A stretch of 64,000 nt of DNA from Mizuhopecten yessoensis (GCF_002113885.1 NW_018408154.1:906929-970928); one strand, 5' to 3'. Positions 1-15,700 are shown, numbered from the stretch's first letter. Notes: generated by a model not told the origin, from the letters alone. Program-made: numbers and translations.

Positions 1-108
1 TGGAGCCTTACTGTAATTGACCTTGTTACTATCAGCTGTCTGGAGCCTTACTGTAATTGACCTTGTTACTATCAGCTGTGTGGAGCCTTACTGTAATTGA
101 CCTTGTTA
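1..108. repeat. 40-bp tandem repeat (tail of an array)
   Basis: tggagccttactgtaattgaccttgttactatcagctgt(c/g), about 2.7 copies visible. Confidence 0.9.
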
Positions 109-627
109 TTAAGTTTGAAGGTCACTGATGAATAAATAATTGAGATATGGAGTGGACACAAAAATATCAGGGGGCATAATTCTAATAATGACAACAATTA
201 ATTGCAAAATTATGTTTTCCTGGTAGTTAAAATTATTATAAAGTTAACTGACAGCCATAGGAGATATAGAACAACTAATGGGTACATATGCTTAGGGTAA
301 CCAAATTGATGTCAATTTTATATTGCCAACTTGTACATATTTTACACTTTTTACAACTTTGTTTCTGCATTACTTATCAACTCCAATTTCTTTTTTTCTT
401 TTTTTTTTTAAATATAACAAATTGTTAAATATTTTCAGTTTTCTGTTTACAGAGAATTAATTTAACATAAAACCTAACTATTCATTTGTGTATACTACTA
501 CAGAATAACGACAAATGAAATGTTCATTTCTCTTATTTAGCAAAACTTACAATCACCTCTTATTTTTATTTTTATTTTTTCCAACAGAAAGTTTTATCAC
601 AAAAGTTAAACCCCATTACATAATTAC

Positions 628-736
628 CTGTCATGGCTGTTTCTGCAACACCCAGTGTCTCTTTAACCTCTGCGAAAACCGGGGACAGATCAAACACAGG
701 GCTGTACTCATTGACATCAGTGATATGGACCGTCAG
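628..736 (-). CDS. Cadherin exon 5
   Basis: ctcacag|CTG...ACAG|gtaatt; encodes LTVHITDVNEYSPVF. Confidence 0.9.
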
Positions 737-3700
737 CTGTGAGAGACATACATACAGGAACTTACATTGTCCATCTTATAGGAGGTATAGGAAGCAAGTC
801 ATAAATAGTTCATAAATCTTGATTTATCCGTTGGTTGATATTGCCACAGTTTTGACGATTATTTATGTTCAAGATAAATGCTATCCTATCATTCATGCCT
901 ACTGTACTGCTGATACTTTTTATGCTGTTACCTGGGATAAAAATATTGCCTGCACAAATTTTGGACATTTTTTTCCCCATTATTGCGTCAAGAAAGGATG
1001 GCTTTAACATTCAGTATTGCTCTGAAGAGCCACACATAAATTCTGATTCTCAAATAATTACTATAGACGTACTTATCTTAGAGGTAATTACATTTTTAGA
1101 ATTAAAGTCAATTTTAGAGTTAATATCACTTGCTTCTTAAGACAATAAGTAAATATATTACAACTGACTTCCTGCTTGTTATAGACTTTGTAACCTCTAA
1201 ATAATGAGGTCACTTGAATCCCACTGACGATGTGAGAGAGAACAAGTGTTCTGGTATTGGTATATCAGTATGTGAGAGATAACAAGTGTTCTGGTATTGG
1301 TATATCAGTATGTGAGAGAGAACAAGTGTTCTGGTATTGGTATATCAGTATGTGAGAGAGAACAAGTGTTCTGGTATTGGTATATCAGTATGTGAGAGAG
1401 AACAAGTGTTCTGGTATTGGTATATCAGTATGTGAGAGAGAACAAGTGTTCTGGTATTGGTATATCAGTATGTGAGAGAGAACAAGTGTTCTGGTATTGG
1501 TATATCAGTATGTGAGAGAGAACAAGTGTTCTGGTATTGGTATATCAGTATGTGAGAGAGAACAAGTGTTCTGGTATTGGTATATCAGTATGTGAGAGAG
1601 AACAAGTGTTCTGGTATTGGTATATCAGTATGTGAGAGAGAACAAGTGTTCTGGTATTGGTATATCAGTATGTGAGAGAGAACAAGTGTTCTGGTATTGG
1701 TATATCAGTATGTGAGAGAGAACAAGTGTTCTGGTATTGGTATATCAGTATGTGAGAGAGAACAAGTGTTCTGGTATTGGTATATCAGTATGTGAGAGAG
1801 AACAAGTGTTCTGGTATTGGTATATCAGTATGTGAGAGAGAACAAGTGTTCTGGTATTGGTATATCAGTATGTGAGAGAGAACAAGTGTTCTGGTATTGG
1901 TATATCAGTATGTGAGAGAGAACAAGTGTTCTGGTATTGGTATATCAGTATGTGAAAGAGAACAAGTGTTCTGGTATTGGTATATCAGTATGTGAGAGAG
2001 AACAAGTGTTCTGGTATTGGTATATCAGTATGTGAGAGAGAGAACAAGTGTTCTGGTATCGGTATATCAGTATGTGAGAGAGAGAACAAGTGTTCTGGTA
2101 TTGGTATATCAGTATGTGAGAGAGAACAAGTGTTCTGGTATTGGTATATCTGTATGTTTAAGTTGTAATTTTTCTGTATCAAGATCAGACGCGGTACAGA
2201 AAGCTGACTTACATTTATTAAAGTGAAGAGATCCGACACACTATCCTTGGCCTTCAGGGACAGTTTGTACTGTGGTAACTTCTCATGGTCATATGTCGTT
2301 AGGGTCAACAGCTGTCCATCTTTGATACTGAACTGTGTACTAGGCCCCTGTGTCCTCGGATTGATAATGGAATAAGTTGTTGTTCCATTTTGAAAGTTGA
2401 CAGTCTGAAGATTTACTTCATTTGAATCAGAGTTCTGTAGCTTGAAGCTGGAAATATGAAGGCAGTACATGAAGCATAGTGTAGATTTAGCAGATTGTAC
2501 AAGGATACATTTCTTAAAATAATAATACAGCATTAACAGATATATTGTATAGAAATATTTTAACAGTATAAAGTTGTACATTGTGTAATACCTTTATACT
2601 GTATAGTATTAGTGGCGCTTGTAAATTGTATTATGCCTGTACATTGTATAGTTATAATTGTACATTGTATAGTTATAATTGTACATTGTTAAGTTATACT
2701 TGTACATGGTTTAGTTATACTTGTACATTGTATATATATACTTACACATTGTATAGTTATACTTGAACATTGTGTAGTTATACTTGTACGTTGTATAGTA
2801 ATACTTGTACATTGTATAGTAATACTTGTACATTGTATAGTAATACTTGTACATTATATAGAAATACTTGTGCATTGTATAGTAATACTTGTATATTGTG
2901 TAGTTATACTTGTACATTGTATAGTAATACTTGTACATTATATATTTATACTTGTACATTGTGTAGTTATACTTGTCCATTATATAGTAATACTTGTACA
3001 TTGTATAGTTATACTTGTACATTATATAGTTATACTCGTACATTGTATAGTTATACTTGTACATTGTATAGTTATACTTGTACATTGTGTAGTAATACTA
3101 GTACATTGTGTAGTTATACTTGTACATTGTATAGTAATACTTGTACATGGTATAGTTATACTTGTACATTGTGTAGTAATACTTGTACATTGTGTAGTTA
3201 TACTTGTACATTATATAGTAATACTTGTACATTGTATAGTAATACTTGTATATTATATAGTAATACTTGTACATGGTATAGTTATACTTGTACATTGTGT
3301 AGTAATACTTGTACATTATATAGTTATACTTGTACATTGTATAGTAATACTTGTACATTATATAGTTATACTTGTACATTGTATAGTAATACTTGTACAT
3401 TGTATAGTTATACTTGTACATTGTGTAGTAATACTTGTACATTGTATAGTTATACTTGTACATTGTATAGTAATACTTGTACATTATATAGTTATACTTG
3501 TATATTGTGTAGTAATACTTGTACATTGTATAGTTATACTTGTGCATTGTATAGTAATGCTTGTACATTGTATAGAAATACTTGTATATTGTGTAGTAAT
3601 ACTTGTACATTGTGTAGTTATACTTGTACATTGTATAGTAATACTTGTACATGGTATAGTTATACTTGTACATTGTGTAGTAATACTTGTACATTATATA

Positions 3701-6700
3701 GTTATACTTGTACATTGTATAGTTATACTTGTACATTGTATAGTAGTACTTGTATATTGTGTAGTAATACTTGTACATTGTATAGTTATACTTGTACATT
3801 GTATAGTTATACTTGTACATTGTATAGTTATACTTGTACATTATATAGTTATACTTGTACATTGTATAGTTATACTTGTACATTGTATAGTAATACTTGT
3901 ACATTATATAGTAATACTTGTATATTGTGTAGTTATACTTGTACATTGTGTAGTTATACTTGTACATTGTGTAGTAATACTTGTACATTATATAGTAATA
4001 CTTGTACATTATATAGTAATACTTGTACATTATATAGTAATACTTGTACATTATATAGTAATACTTGTACATTATATAGTAATACTTGTACATTATATAG
4101 TAATACTTGTACATTATATAGTAATACTTGTACATTATATAGTAATACTTGTACATTATATAGTAATACTTGTACATTATATAGTAATACTTGTACATTA
4201 TATAGTAATACTTGTACATTATATAGTAATACTTGTACATTATATAGTAATACTTGTACATTATATAGTAATACTTGTACATTATATAGTAATACTTGTA
4301 CATTATATAGTAATACTTGTACATTATATAGTTATACTTGTACATTGTGTAGTTATACTTGTACATTATATAGTTATACTTGTACATTGTGTAGTAATAC
4401 TTGTACATTGTGTAGTAATACTTGTACATTATATAGTTAAACTTGTACATTATATAATAATACTTGAACATTGTGTAGTTATACTTGTACATTGTATAGT
4501 AATACTTGTACATTGCGTATTAATACTTGTATATTGTGTAGTTATACTTGTACATTGTGTAGTAATACTTGTACATTGTGTAGTAATACTTGTATATTAT
4601 ATAGTTATACTTGTGCATTGTGTAGTAATACTTGTACATTGTATAGTAATACTTGTGCATTGTGTAGTAATACTTGTATATTGTGTAGTTATACTTGTAC
4701 ATTGTATAGTAATACTTGTACATTGCGTATTAATACTTGTGCATTGTAAAATAATACTTGTACACCCTTAAGTTATATTATACATTAGATAGTTATACCA
4801 AGTACATAGCAATATAATCTACTTGGTGCATTGTAAATGCATTGTACAGTTTATGAAAAATCACTTACGTTTGTTCCAATTGAGCATTTTCAGGTACATC
4901 TGCAAAGTATTCGGGGAGATAAAACTGGGGGGCACGATAACTTGTGGTGATAGACACTTTTTCTCGAGTACTGGACTGCTCAGTGGCTGCGCTATTATCC
5001 TTGAGGTAAACAGTAATATCCTCGTCATAATTCTGTGTCAGACCAGCCTTGGTTTTGATCTCTCCCGTCAGCTCATCTATCTCAAATTTAGTACTTGTTC
5101 CTGCAAAGTGAATTCATAGACAAAGTGAGTGATGTGGCTATTTCTGAGTGTATGATAGGAAGGGTGGACATGTTTTAGCTTTATTATTATTTTCATTAGT
5201 TAATACGTATTATTAAATGTTACAGAATGTTTCACTGATAAATTAACTGTTTTTCTCACTAGCTACAATGCCTTAACAAATGAAAATATATTTACGTTTG
5301 TTCTACAGCCTTGTTCAACCAAAAAGATATCAAAAGCAAACATTTAGGTGACGTCTGCCTGTTTCCGATATATGTTTGCACAGACACTTTTATATTAGTT
5401 TTACAGAGAACTTAAATGATGGACTACCTAGTCCTGGTTTATAAATCACCTCCTGGTATTTGCATGTACTTACCTTCCATGTAAAAGCCCAGTACACTCC
5501 CCTGGTCCTGGTCCAGGCCGGTGACCGTGTAAAAAGTGGTCCCCACAGGAGCCCACGCATTTACCCTGGCAAGCATGGGTCTGGGAATGTTGGTGATCTT
5601 CGGGACTTCATCATTGACATCCATAACCTTTAGTGTTAACGTGTGTTCATAAGCCACTGAAATGTTAAAATGGTTTCAAGTATTTAGATCAGTTAAAGAG
5701 ATATGGCCATTTTACGTACAAACCATCTCCCACACTTCTAAAGCAACCAAGACCCCTCTAAACATAGATATATAAACTAGAACCAGCCCCTAGTAAACCT
5801 GGGGGTTACCCTATCTTAACCTCGGGGTTACCCTAGTAAACCTGGGGGTTACCCTATCTTAACCGCTATACTTAGTTCAAGTTTTAAATCAACTTAGTGG
5901 TTAACTCCTCATACTTAACTCATTCACCACTGAAGACACATTTTAACTCTTCTAATTCAAAGGTTGGAATAGTGTATTATGAAATTTCAGGGGTGAATGA
6001 GTTAAACCCCTACCCCCTTCAAAGTTTACATAAACCTTTATCTTAAATACCAACTTACGCTGTGAATCTCCTATCACACCCTATCATATTTTAGCCCTTC
6101 TCCTGCCCATCTATTGTGTCAGCTACGTTGCCTAGGTTTCCCAAAAGTTCTTTACACAAATCGGAGAAATATTCCTATCATTTAATATCAAACGGTGCCG
6201 CTAGATTCAATACGATTTTTGAAGCCTGCTATCATTATCATTTATGGTCGGTTTAAGCAGGCTATGTAGATAAAACCAGTGTCGTATGCTTGTCTCAGTC
6301 CGTGTTATTGTAAAGTCATCATATTCACAACATTTTAAAACCAGGAATACTATACAAAACCGTTTATCTTGCGGCGGCAGAGGTAACGCCGACATCAAAC
6401 AACAGAGTAATTATGTCTAGACTTCTGGTAACATAGGGTGCAAATAACAAATCCAGTCCGCACATCGGCCTCTTTTGAGACCATTTAATCATATATATAG
6501 TAGTACTAATATTATTCCCGGCCTCCTCTGCCCATATAAAAAAAAATCTCTCGACGTCATCGCAGCTCATATAGCCTAACCTAGAGTAAAGAACAAGCAG
6601 ACTGGGATTTGAACACAGGACCTCCGATCGAACTCCAACCGGACGTCCTACCTAGCCGGCGATCGACTCTGTCCAGTTCTGGTAAACAACTAGAAATACT

Positions 6701-9700
6701 TAAACATTTGTGTTATTAAACATGGTGAAATACAAAACAATACTGCAACAAAAATGTATTTGCACGATCTATTAACAGTTAGCAACCTTAATTATTATTT
6801 AGTATGAGGAAGGTGATCATTAATAATGAATTTTATATCAGGTAGGTCGGACATGTCAGTACATATACGGTATTTGGCGCGCCGGTGGATGACATCCAAT
6901 TTCCATGATTTATTGATGATTTACTTGTTTCCCACGTCGGTAGATTCGTCAAGCGAATTCGACCTCGGCGTTAGATTTATTTCACTAAATCACTGGAGTT
7001 TGAATTGATTACCTCCGCTGCCCTTTTAAAACTATACTGGGTAGCCTTGCTCAAGTCCGTATCGTTTCAAGCACCAGAAATACACGAATAGCACCAGATT
7101 ATGTTTACACAAAGTACTACATATTTATTGCATCAACGATTATACTCTAACATTGCTGGACCCAATTTTTATAAGTAGCCCAATCTTATTTTAGTTACTT
7201 TTTTTTTAATCATGCCTTCATTTAGCGTGTTCTGTATAGAATTCACTTTGAGAAAATCTCACCAATAGTTCCGGACAATAGTCAACCACCACACAGCCGT
7301 ACAACATCTAAACCTTGAGAAAGCTAAATATATCTCACCAATAGTTCCGGACAATAGTCAACCACCACACGGTCGTACAACATCGAAACCTTACTGATCA
7401 TCCAGTGATTTTCAGGTTGAATTCGAGGCCTTATAAAGGCGCATTCCCCAATAACAGTTCTTCTTTATATCCCAAGCTCAATGCGAAAATTAGATTATTT
7501 CCCTAAATTCATGTGTTTTTTATGTGTGTGATATTTTCCCGTAGCACAAACCCCAGTGGAAAAGTGATTTCACTAGATAAGTTACCAGGGTAATAAACAT
7601 CTCATTGAATAGAAATCAAATATAACAGTTTGTCTAAATAATACTTAAATATGATTTAGTTAGAATTGGGAAATTAAAGTTAACTCTCTGGGGTCAAACA
7701 GTAGATCGTGGAAATCGTTGTCGTTCATTATCATTTACACCAAATACATCAGACTATCATTATATTTAGTGTACCTTTGATTAAGAGAAAAGTAAAACAA
7801 AAATGCAACTCTCTTTACAATGTCTTTGTGTTCCTTTGAGTATCTCTAGCAATTTCAATACCTTATTCACGTTATCTTTCTACGACACACTTTTTAAGAC
7901 TATGAGTTATATTTCCCTCTGATTACCCTGTTATAAACTTCCATAAGCAAATTTTACTGCTCTTATTCGGAGACTTTTAAAGCTGTTAAATATTCACCGG
8001 GCGATTTCGTACTTAATCCTACAATTTATACATGTATGTTTCCCAACCTTCGAATTTATACCCATGTGTATAATCAGAAAAAAACTTACAAGCGCGATCA
8101 TTTTTTAAACGTTTCTTGTGGATCTTCCGGTTCAACAGACTCATTGAGGCTATATATGCGACAGAGCGATGTCCTGAGCCAGGGGCATCGTTTATCTGCT
8201 ATAGGCAGGCAGGTGTCAGAATTTAAACAGTCGCCACGTTGCCTGGTTTTGTCCACTTTATACAATTTATAGCTTTACAGTCGTACCATACGATAATTTG
8301 AAATATGACTCCTAAAACTTTTTCGCACGTACAGGTACCAAATCTTATAGACAAGTGAAGTGTTTTAGTTCACTCTCTCACTGAGTATGCCCACGGGTGG
8401 AAATATTATACATAATTCAATATCCGTATTTTTCTTTATATGACACAAGAATGATTTAAACGGAAATGTATATATAATTCAATATCCGTATTTTTCTTTA
8501 TATGACACAAGAATGATTTAAATGGAAATGTATATATAATTCAATATCTGTACTTTTTTCCTCGCGACAAAAGAATAGTCTAAATTGGAAAGAGTACAAA
8601 AACTCAAATCTGTATTTTTCTTCCTGACAAGCGAATAGTCTAAACTACTAATCGATACGGGTGTAAAAGATCTCCAGGCGGAATGTCCGGAATGTCGAGC
8701 GGGGTAAACAAAATGACGTCACTTCTTGATAAGCGATAACAAACCACAAAAGATGTGAGGTAAGCCAGCAGTAAGCGGTTACTTATCTGTTCAGTTTTGT
8801 AAGATCAAAAAAACTAAACCCAAACAAGACCGACCCGACAAACGTGCTGATTGTGGCGCAGAGTAAATATTTAACAGACACAATCGATCATTAAAGCAGG
8901 TAGATAGTGACATTATTTAAAATCATTAATATGTTGTAAAGAGAACAAAATAAAATTTGAAAAAAAGTTGTATACATGTCGCACACTTCAGTCATTTCCC
9001 TCGGAAACATCATAGGTGATGTCAAATACAATCTGATATTCAGTACTACAGGGACAATAAAGACACCTGCTACAACAGTCTAAGCTAGGAGACCCGTAAC
9101 GTATCTTACTATAATACAAATACAGTTCTTTCAGCCTTAGAAACTTAACACGGTCCCACAGAATGTGAGGAAACGACAAGAAATGCGCTGTAATCCTTCC
9201 GGTGCTCACGATCGGCAGTGAATGTATTCAATTATATTCATGGAGTGGTGGTTATATAGTTGTCACAGGTCGTTAAGTTACTAATCTGCCAACAATAAAT
9301 TGCAGTTACATATTAAGTCCGAGTTATAATTCAAAATAAGTCACATTGACTTGTATTACAGGCCCTAGTTACATAACTTTCGGTACATTGAGCTGTCGTT
9401 ACAAAACTAGTTATTTTATGTTGTAATTACAGGTCCGTCTACATTGAGTTGTAATTACAGGTCCGGCTACATTGTGTTGTAATTACAGGTCCGTCTACAT
9501 TGAGTTGTAATTACAGGTCCGGCTACATTGTGTTGTAATATTAGGTCCGGCTACATTGAGTTGTAGTAACTAATCCGGCTACATTGAGTTGTAATTATAG
9601 GTCCGGCTACATTGAGTTGTAATTATAATTACAGGTTCGGCTACATTGTGTTGCAATTACAGGTCCAGCTACATTGAGTTATAATTCTAATTACAGGTCC

Positions 9701-12700
9701 GGCTACATTGTGTTGTAATTATAGGTCCGGCTACATTGAGTTGTAGTAACTAATCCGGCTACATTGAGTTGTAGTTATTAATCCGGTTACATTGAGCTGT
9801 AGTTACAAAACTCGTAAAATGGTGTTGCAATTACAGGTCTAGCTTCATTGAGTTGTAGTTACAAATGTCGTTACATTGTGAGTTACATTGTGTTGTAACT
9901 ACAGGTCCAGCTATGTTGAGCTATAGTAACAGAACTCGTTACTTTGTGTTGTAATTACAGGTCCGGTTACATTGAGCTGTAGTTACAGAACTAGTTACGT
10001 TGTTTTGTAATTACAGGTCCGGCTACATTGAGCTGTAGTTTCATAAATAGTTACTTTGTGTTGTAATTACAGGTCCGGCTACATTGAGCTGTAGTTACAG
10101 AACTAGTTACGTTGTTTTGTAATTACAGGTCCGGCTACATTGAGCTGTAGTTACATAAATAGCTACTTTGTGTTGTAATTACAGGTCCGGCCTCATGGAG
10201 CTGTAGTTACATAAATAACTACTTTGTGTTGTAATTACAGGTCCGGTCTCATGGAGCTGTAGTTACATAAATAGTTACTTTGTGTTGTAATTACAGGTCC
10301 GGCCTCATGGAGCTGTAGTTACAGAACTTTCGGTACATTGTGTTGTAGTTTCAGGTGAGGTTGTATTGAGATGTAGTTACAAACGTCTAATTGTAGCTAC
10401 AAGTATGTGGTTACATTTCTGATTACACTGGGGTGTAGTTACATATCTCTGGCTACCTATATATGGTATTAGATGATTGTCTACATTCTAGTGTGTACCT
10501 GTTAGATATATACATGGTAGATGTTCAACCCGTACGGCAAGTAATAAACAGCACTGACCGGAAAATTATAAAGGAATGCATTACAGTACGAAATTGGCCG
10601 CCGTGTATTTGTCGGAAGCTCTGTGTTTGTTCATGAGAATTGTCGACAATGATCACCTTCATAGTCTTTGACATGCCAGAACTATACAAATCCTACTATG
10701 TGTTTTGTAAGTCAATTATCCGATGTTTTGGTCTGGTATTTGTAGTAACAATTCTATGGTAAGTCCTCCGCCGATTTGATGTCTGTAATTATTAAAGCCA
10801 ATTATATAAATAGTTATAAGTACTAAACTAACTGGTAGGGGTTTACGTTAATTAAATACAAACATTTTAGACGTGAAGTATGCTACTTTATATAGAAGAT
10901 GAAGCAAAATTCATCTCCTATTTATATGTTGCGATTTCTTTAGATTTGGTTTTCTATTTTTTTCAGTTTAAAAAATACCAAAACTGCTATTAAATTAAAT
11001 ATGGTGTCTGTTTATAGTTACAGTGTGTTATTTGTGTAGTGTTTCTTTGTGTAGTGTTTCTGTGTGTTGTGTTTATTTGTGAAGTGTTTATTTGTGAAGT
11101 GTTTATTTGTGAAGTGTTTATTTGCAGTTCGATTCGTATCAGCTAATCCTCTTTGGTGCATAATGCAATGAAATTGAACAGAATGCATCTCAAAGTCGTT
11201 CGCTAATACGTTTAGAAATATATATGTCACTCTAATTTTTTGTTCCAGTCTGCCCCCAAAACACGTTAAACTTGGCAATTTTGAAAACATCTGAATAACA
11301 TTTTACTCACACTTTATTTATTGTTTCTGACCGTTAGGGAAGTTTTTATAACCTGTACAGGTTGACCTTGAATGGTACCGTTGACCTTCACGGTTTAATT
11401 ATAAGACACCTGTCGATCCGTTATCGTGTCAACAGATGGGAGATTGAACCGTATGCCGGTATGACCACCTCATAAATCGGCCATTATAACACATGGCCAG
11501 GGGTACATTCCATTCTTTTATTACACACAGATCGAGCACAACAAAGCACAGAAAATGTACGCATAAGTGTTCATGAAATGTTGGTATAACTGCAATATAA
11601 CGTACATTTGTATGTTGGAACGACGTGATGCGGTATCAATCAAAGTAATATATTTACTCTACATATGTAATAACTTTAATCATTTACACGGTAGTATTTA
11701 ACGGTATCAATCGCACCTAATTCTGACGTCATACAGCAAAAAACATTGTGTCGTCATATATTTTGAGATAAGTATGACTACGGTTACCGAATAAAACAAC
11801 AAATTTAATAGCATGACGTAAATTATCAATAAGATCCCGATTACCGTGCAAAACCAAATGACGTCGTGTCGTCATATATTTTTAGATTAGAACGACCCCA
11901 GTTTTACTGTATTATACCACTAAATGTGACGTCATTTGATCATATGACGTCATTCGTTTTAGATCAGAATGACGCTGGTTAACTTTTTACATGACAATAT
12001 GAGGAGGAAACAGTTTTTCAGCACGGTAACGCATAGAAAATGGTCAACATTTATCGTGTATTTAAGTGGCAAAGTAATTGTCTTAATAATTGTTAAGTTT
12101 TATATGTAATAAACCACCGTTTCAGAGAGAGAAACTGATCGGTCTACAATTAGTAAGAGGATACTTCGTGTTTTTGCAGTACGAATCAGGTTGTGTAGCT
12201 GATTGTTATGATAAATAGACTAAACAACATCGTCATTGTTTATACGGACTGTCTGCTAATGGAATGAAAACACCTATTGTGTAACTTATTGATATTTTAA
12301 CAGTCAGAGTGTATATCGTACGACCACAGGGACCTGAGAATTTGTTACAACTATATATGGACCTAAACTAAGGTGTTCAGAGTAATTTTAATTGTTTTAG
12401 GGATTTAGATCGACTTTCGGTAAAAATGACACCCCCAATATGATCATATATACGAGCTTGTATATATTATTATTGGGGGCGTATATATGATCATTGGGGA
12501 GTCATTTTTACCGAAAGTTGATTTAAACCCCTAAAACATGTAAAACTACTCTGAACACCTTAGTTTAGGTCCGAATATAGCTGTAACAAATTCTCAGGTT
12601 CCTGTGGTACACTGTCGTTGTGTATTGTGTGCAACCAGGGCCCGTATTCATGAAACCGTTCTCATGCTGAAGCATGGATTCCGTGCTCAAACAAACTTTC

Positions 12701-15700
12701 TTGTTACTCGCTTAGATTATGTCAAACGATCGAAAAGTCATATGTAAACAAAGAAAACGTTATTTGGCTTTAATTTATACGTCTCTTCAAAAATCTTTAC
12801 AAATCATTGACGAAATAAGACTTATTTATTAAGTTATAATAAGAACAAGAATTTTGAGCCCAAAATCCAAGCTTGACCATGAAAAGCTTCACGAATACGG
12901 GCCCAGGATCCCGTCAAGTACACCGTTCATCATCTAACTTATCCCAACGACCTGGACTCCCATCAACTACCCCTCCCCTCCACCCCACCCCTACCAAACG
13001 CTATACTACCGCCTAATCCCAGAATTCCCGTCCCTAGGGACAGCATACCTCCTCCCCTCACCCTTGGTCCCAGGCTCCCTCCCCATATCACCATTGTAGC
13101 ATCTGCCATTACATACAGGTGTATGCTGTAAGCCTTTGGTGGTATTATTTCTACCGTGTAAACAGATAGATGATCATCAATATTAGATGCTATAGGTTCC
13201 CGTGTTACTGGCATGTGTCCTATCATATGCCTGGTTATAGCGTAAGTTTCGATGTAGTTTGTTTAACTTTGATGTACAGATTGTAGTTATTTTAAACAAA
13301 TACTAAAAACGAACCAAAAATAAATCATCAGCTGATGATGTCTTATATCTAATGGTTATCTGTATAATTTACATGTACCTGTGTATGTTACTTTAACGTA
13401 CCTGTGAAGGTCACTTTAACGTACCTGTGTATGTTACCTAGTATACCTGTGTATGTTACCTTAACGTACCTGTGTATGTTACTTTAACGTACCTGTGTAT
13501 GTTACCTACACGAACCTGTGTATGTTACCTACACGAACCTGTGTATGTTACCTACAGGAACCTGTGTATGTTACCTACACGAACCTGTGTATGTCACTTT
13601 AACGTACCTGTGTATGTTACTTTAACGTACCTGTGTATGTTACCTTAACGTACCTGTGTATGTTACTTTAACGTACCTGTGTATGTTACCTACACGAACC
13701 TGTGTATGTTACCTACACGAACCTGTGTATGTTACCTACACGAACCTGTGTATGTTACCTACACGAACCTGTGTATGTTACCTACACGAACCTGTGTATG
13801 TTACCTACACGAACCTGTGTATGTTACCTACACGAACCTGTGTATGTTACCTACACGAACCTGTGTATGTTACCTACACGAACCTGTGTATGTTACCTAC
13901 ACGAACCTGTGTATGTTACCTACACGAACCTGTGTATGTTACCTACACGAACCTGTGTATGTTACCTACACGAACCTGTGTATGTTACCTACACGAACCT
14001 GTGTATGTTACCTACACGAACCTGTGTATGTTACCTACACGAACCTGTGTATGTTACCTACACGAACCTGTGTATGTTACCTACACGAACCTGTGTATGT
14101 TACCTACACGAACCTGTGTATGTTACCTACACGAACCTGTGTATGTTACCTACACGAACCTGTGTATGTTACCTACACGAACCTGTGTATGTTACCTACA
14201 CGAACCTGTGTATGTTACCTACACGAACCTGTGTATGTTACCTACACGAACCTGTGTATGTTACCTACACGAACCTGTGTATGTTACCTACACGAACCTG
14301 TGTATGTTACCTACACGTACCTGTGTATGTTACCTACATGTACCTGTGTATTTTACCTTAACGTGCCTGTGTATGTTACCTTAACGTACCTGTGTATGTT
14401 ACCTACAATTACCTGTGTATGCTACTTTAACGTTCCTGTGTATGTTACTTTAACGTACCTGTGTATGTTACTTTAACGTACCTGTGTATGTTACCTTCAT
14501 GTACCTGTGTATGCTACCTTAACGTACCTGTGTATGTTACCTTAACGTACCTGTGTATGTTACATTAACGTACCTGTGTATGTTACCTTAACGTACCTGT
14601 GTATGTTACCTTAACGTACCTGTGTATGTTACCTAGTATACCTGTGTATGTTACCTATTATACCTGTGTATGTTACCTAGTATACCTGTGTATGTTACCT
14701 ATATATGCCTGTTTTTGTTACCTATAATACCAATAAGTGATACCCTCTTCACGTGTAGGTTTATATTATCCGTAAGTAATGTCGATAGTGGTTTGACTTA
14801 CATTAGCATTGGTCTCATAGAACACGAACAATTAAAGTTCATTTACTTCATCTTACTGACGAAGGAAATGATCAGAATGTACTTTCAGCAGTAATAACAG
14901 TTATAAGTATAGTATAGGAACCACAAGTGGTACCTGGATTACCTGTAGCTCCGTTTCCGGTTTTCTCGTTCACCTCCACCAGGACCGATTTTGCGCCGTT
15001 ATCGTAATCCAATACTTGACCTGCCTTGAGAAACACTTGACCATTTGTGTTCACTGTCACCATATCCGGTACCGCCTGTTTAAGTTCGAATGTGGTTCCG
15101 GTACCTTGTCGACTGAAGTCGTACAAATTTCCAGTGGTGCCTTCGTCGACGCTTTTTGTGACAGCGGTGGTTTTTACCTGTCGCCTGTTCCGGTGGTGGA
15201 AGTTTGTCCGTCTTGCGGTCTGTTCATCGGTCATTGTCTTGTGCTGGTCAAAGGTGACAGTTAAATCATGGGATGGTGTCCGAACGTCATGGTGACTATT
15301 AATATGTACTGATGGCTCTCGCGTGCAGGTGATGTCCGGTTTGACGGGTGACATTATGTTGTGTCCGTTAAGAATATCTACACGGATGTTGGTAAACAAG
15401 ACGCGGCCGTCCGAACTGTCCATCTTACATATCAGATGGTAAACCCGGGAGGATGGCACGTCAGAGCTAGATACATGTAATCGCAGGTTTCCAGATGTGC
15501 CTTTTCGAATTACAAATAAGTCTGTTGCTTCCGTATTTCCCACCAGCGTATATATGGGGGACAGTGTATGGAAAGCCCCGAGTAGATGTTCAATGTCCCT
15601 ACCCCGTACATGGGAGGATCTGGCCAAGTCTACAAAACCTCGGATTTCATTTGTCTCCTTTGGAAAATTGATAAAATGTGAGGGAGGTTTGACGGCGATA

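Noticed and set aside
2581-4771. Long ORFs (556, 633, 471 aa) with 7-aa periodicity
   Set aside because: Translations of a 21-bp satellite open in several frames and on both strands, inside a cadherin intron.
6595-6660. tRNA gene (B-box GTTCAAATCC on the minus strand)
   Set aside because: No cloverleaf or A-box could be built; at most a decayed tRNA-derived SINE head.
13656-14476. Three overlapping Cys/Tyr-rich ORFs
   Set aside because: A 23-bp repeat with no stop codons in any plus frame; not a gene.
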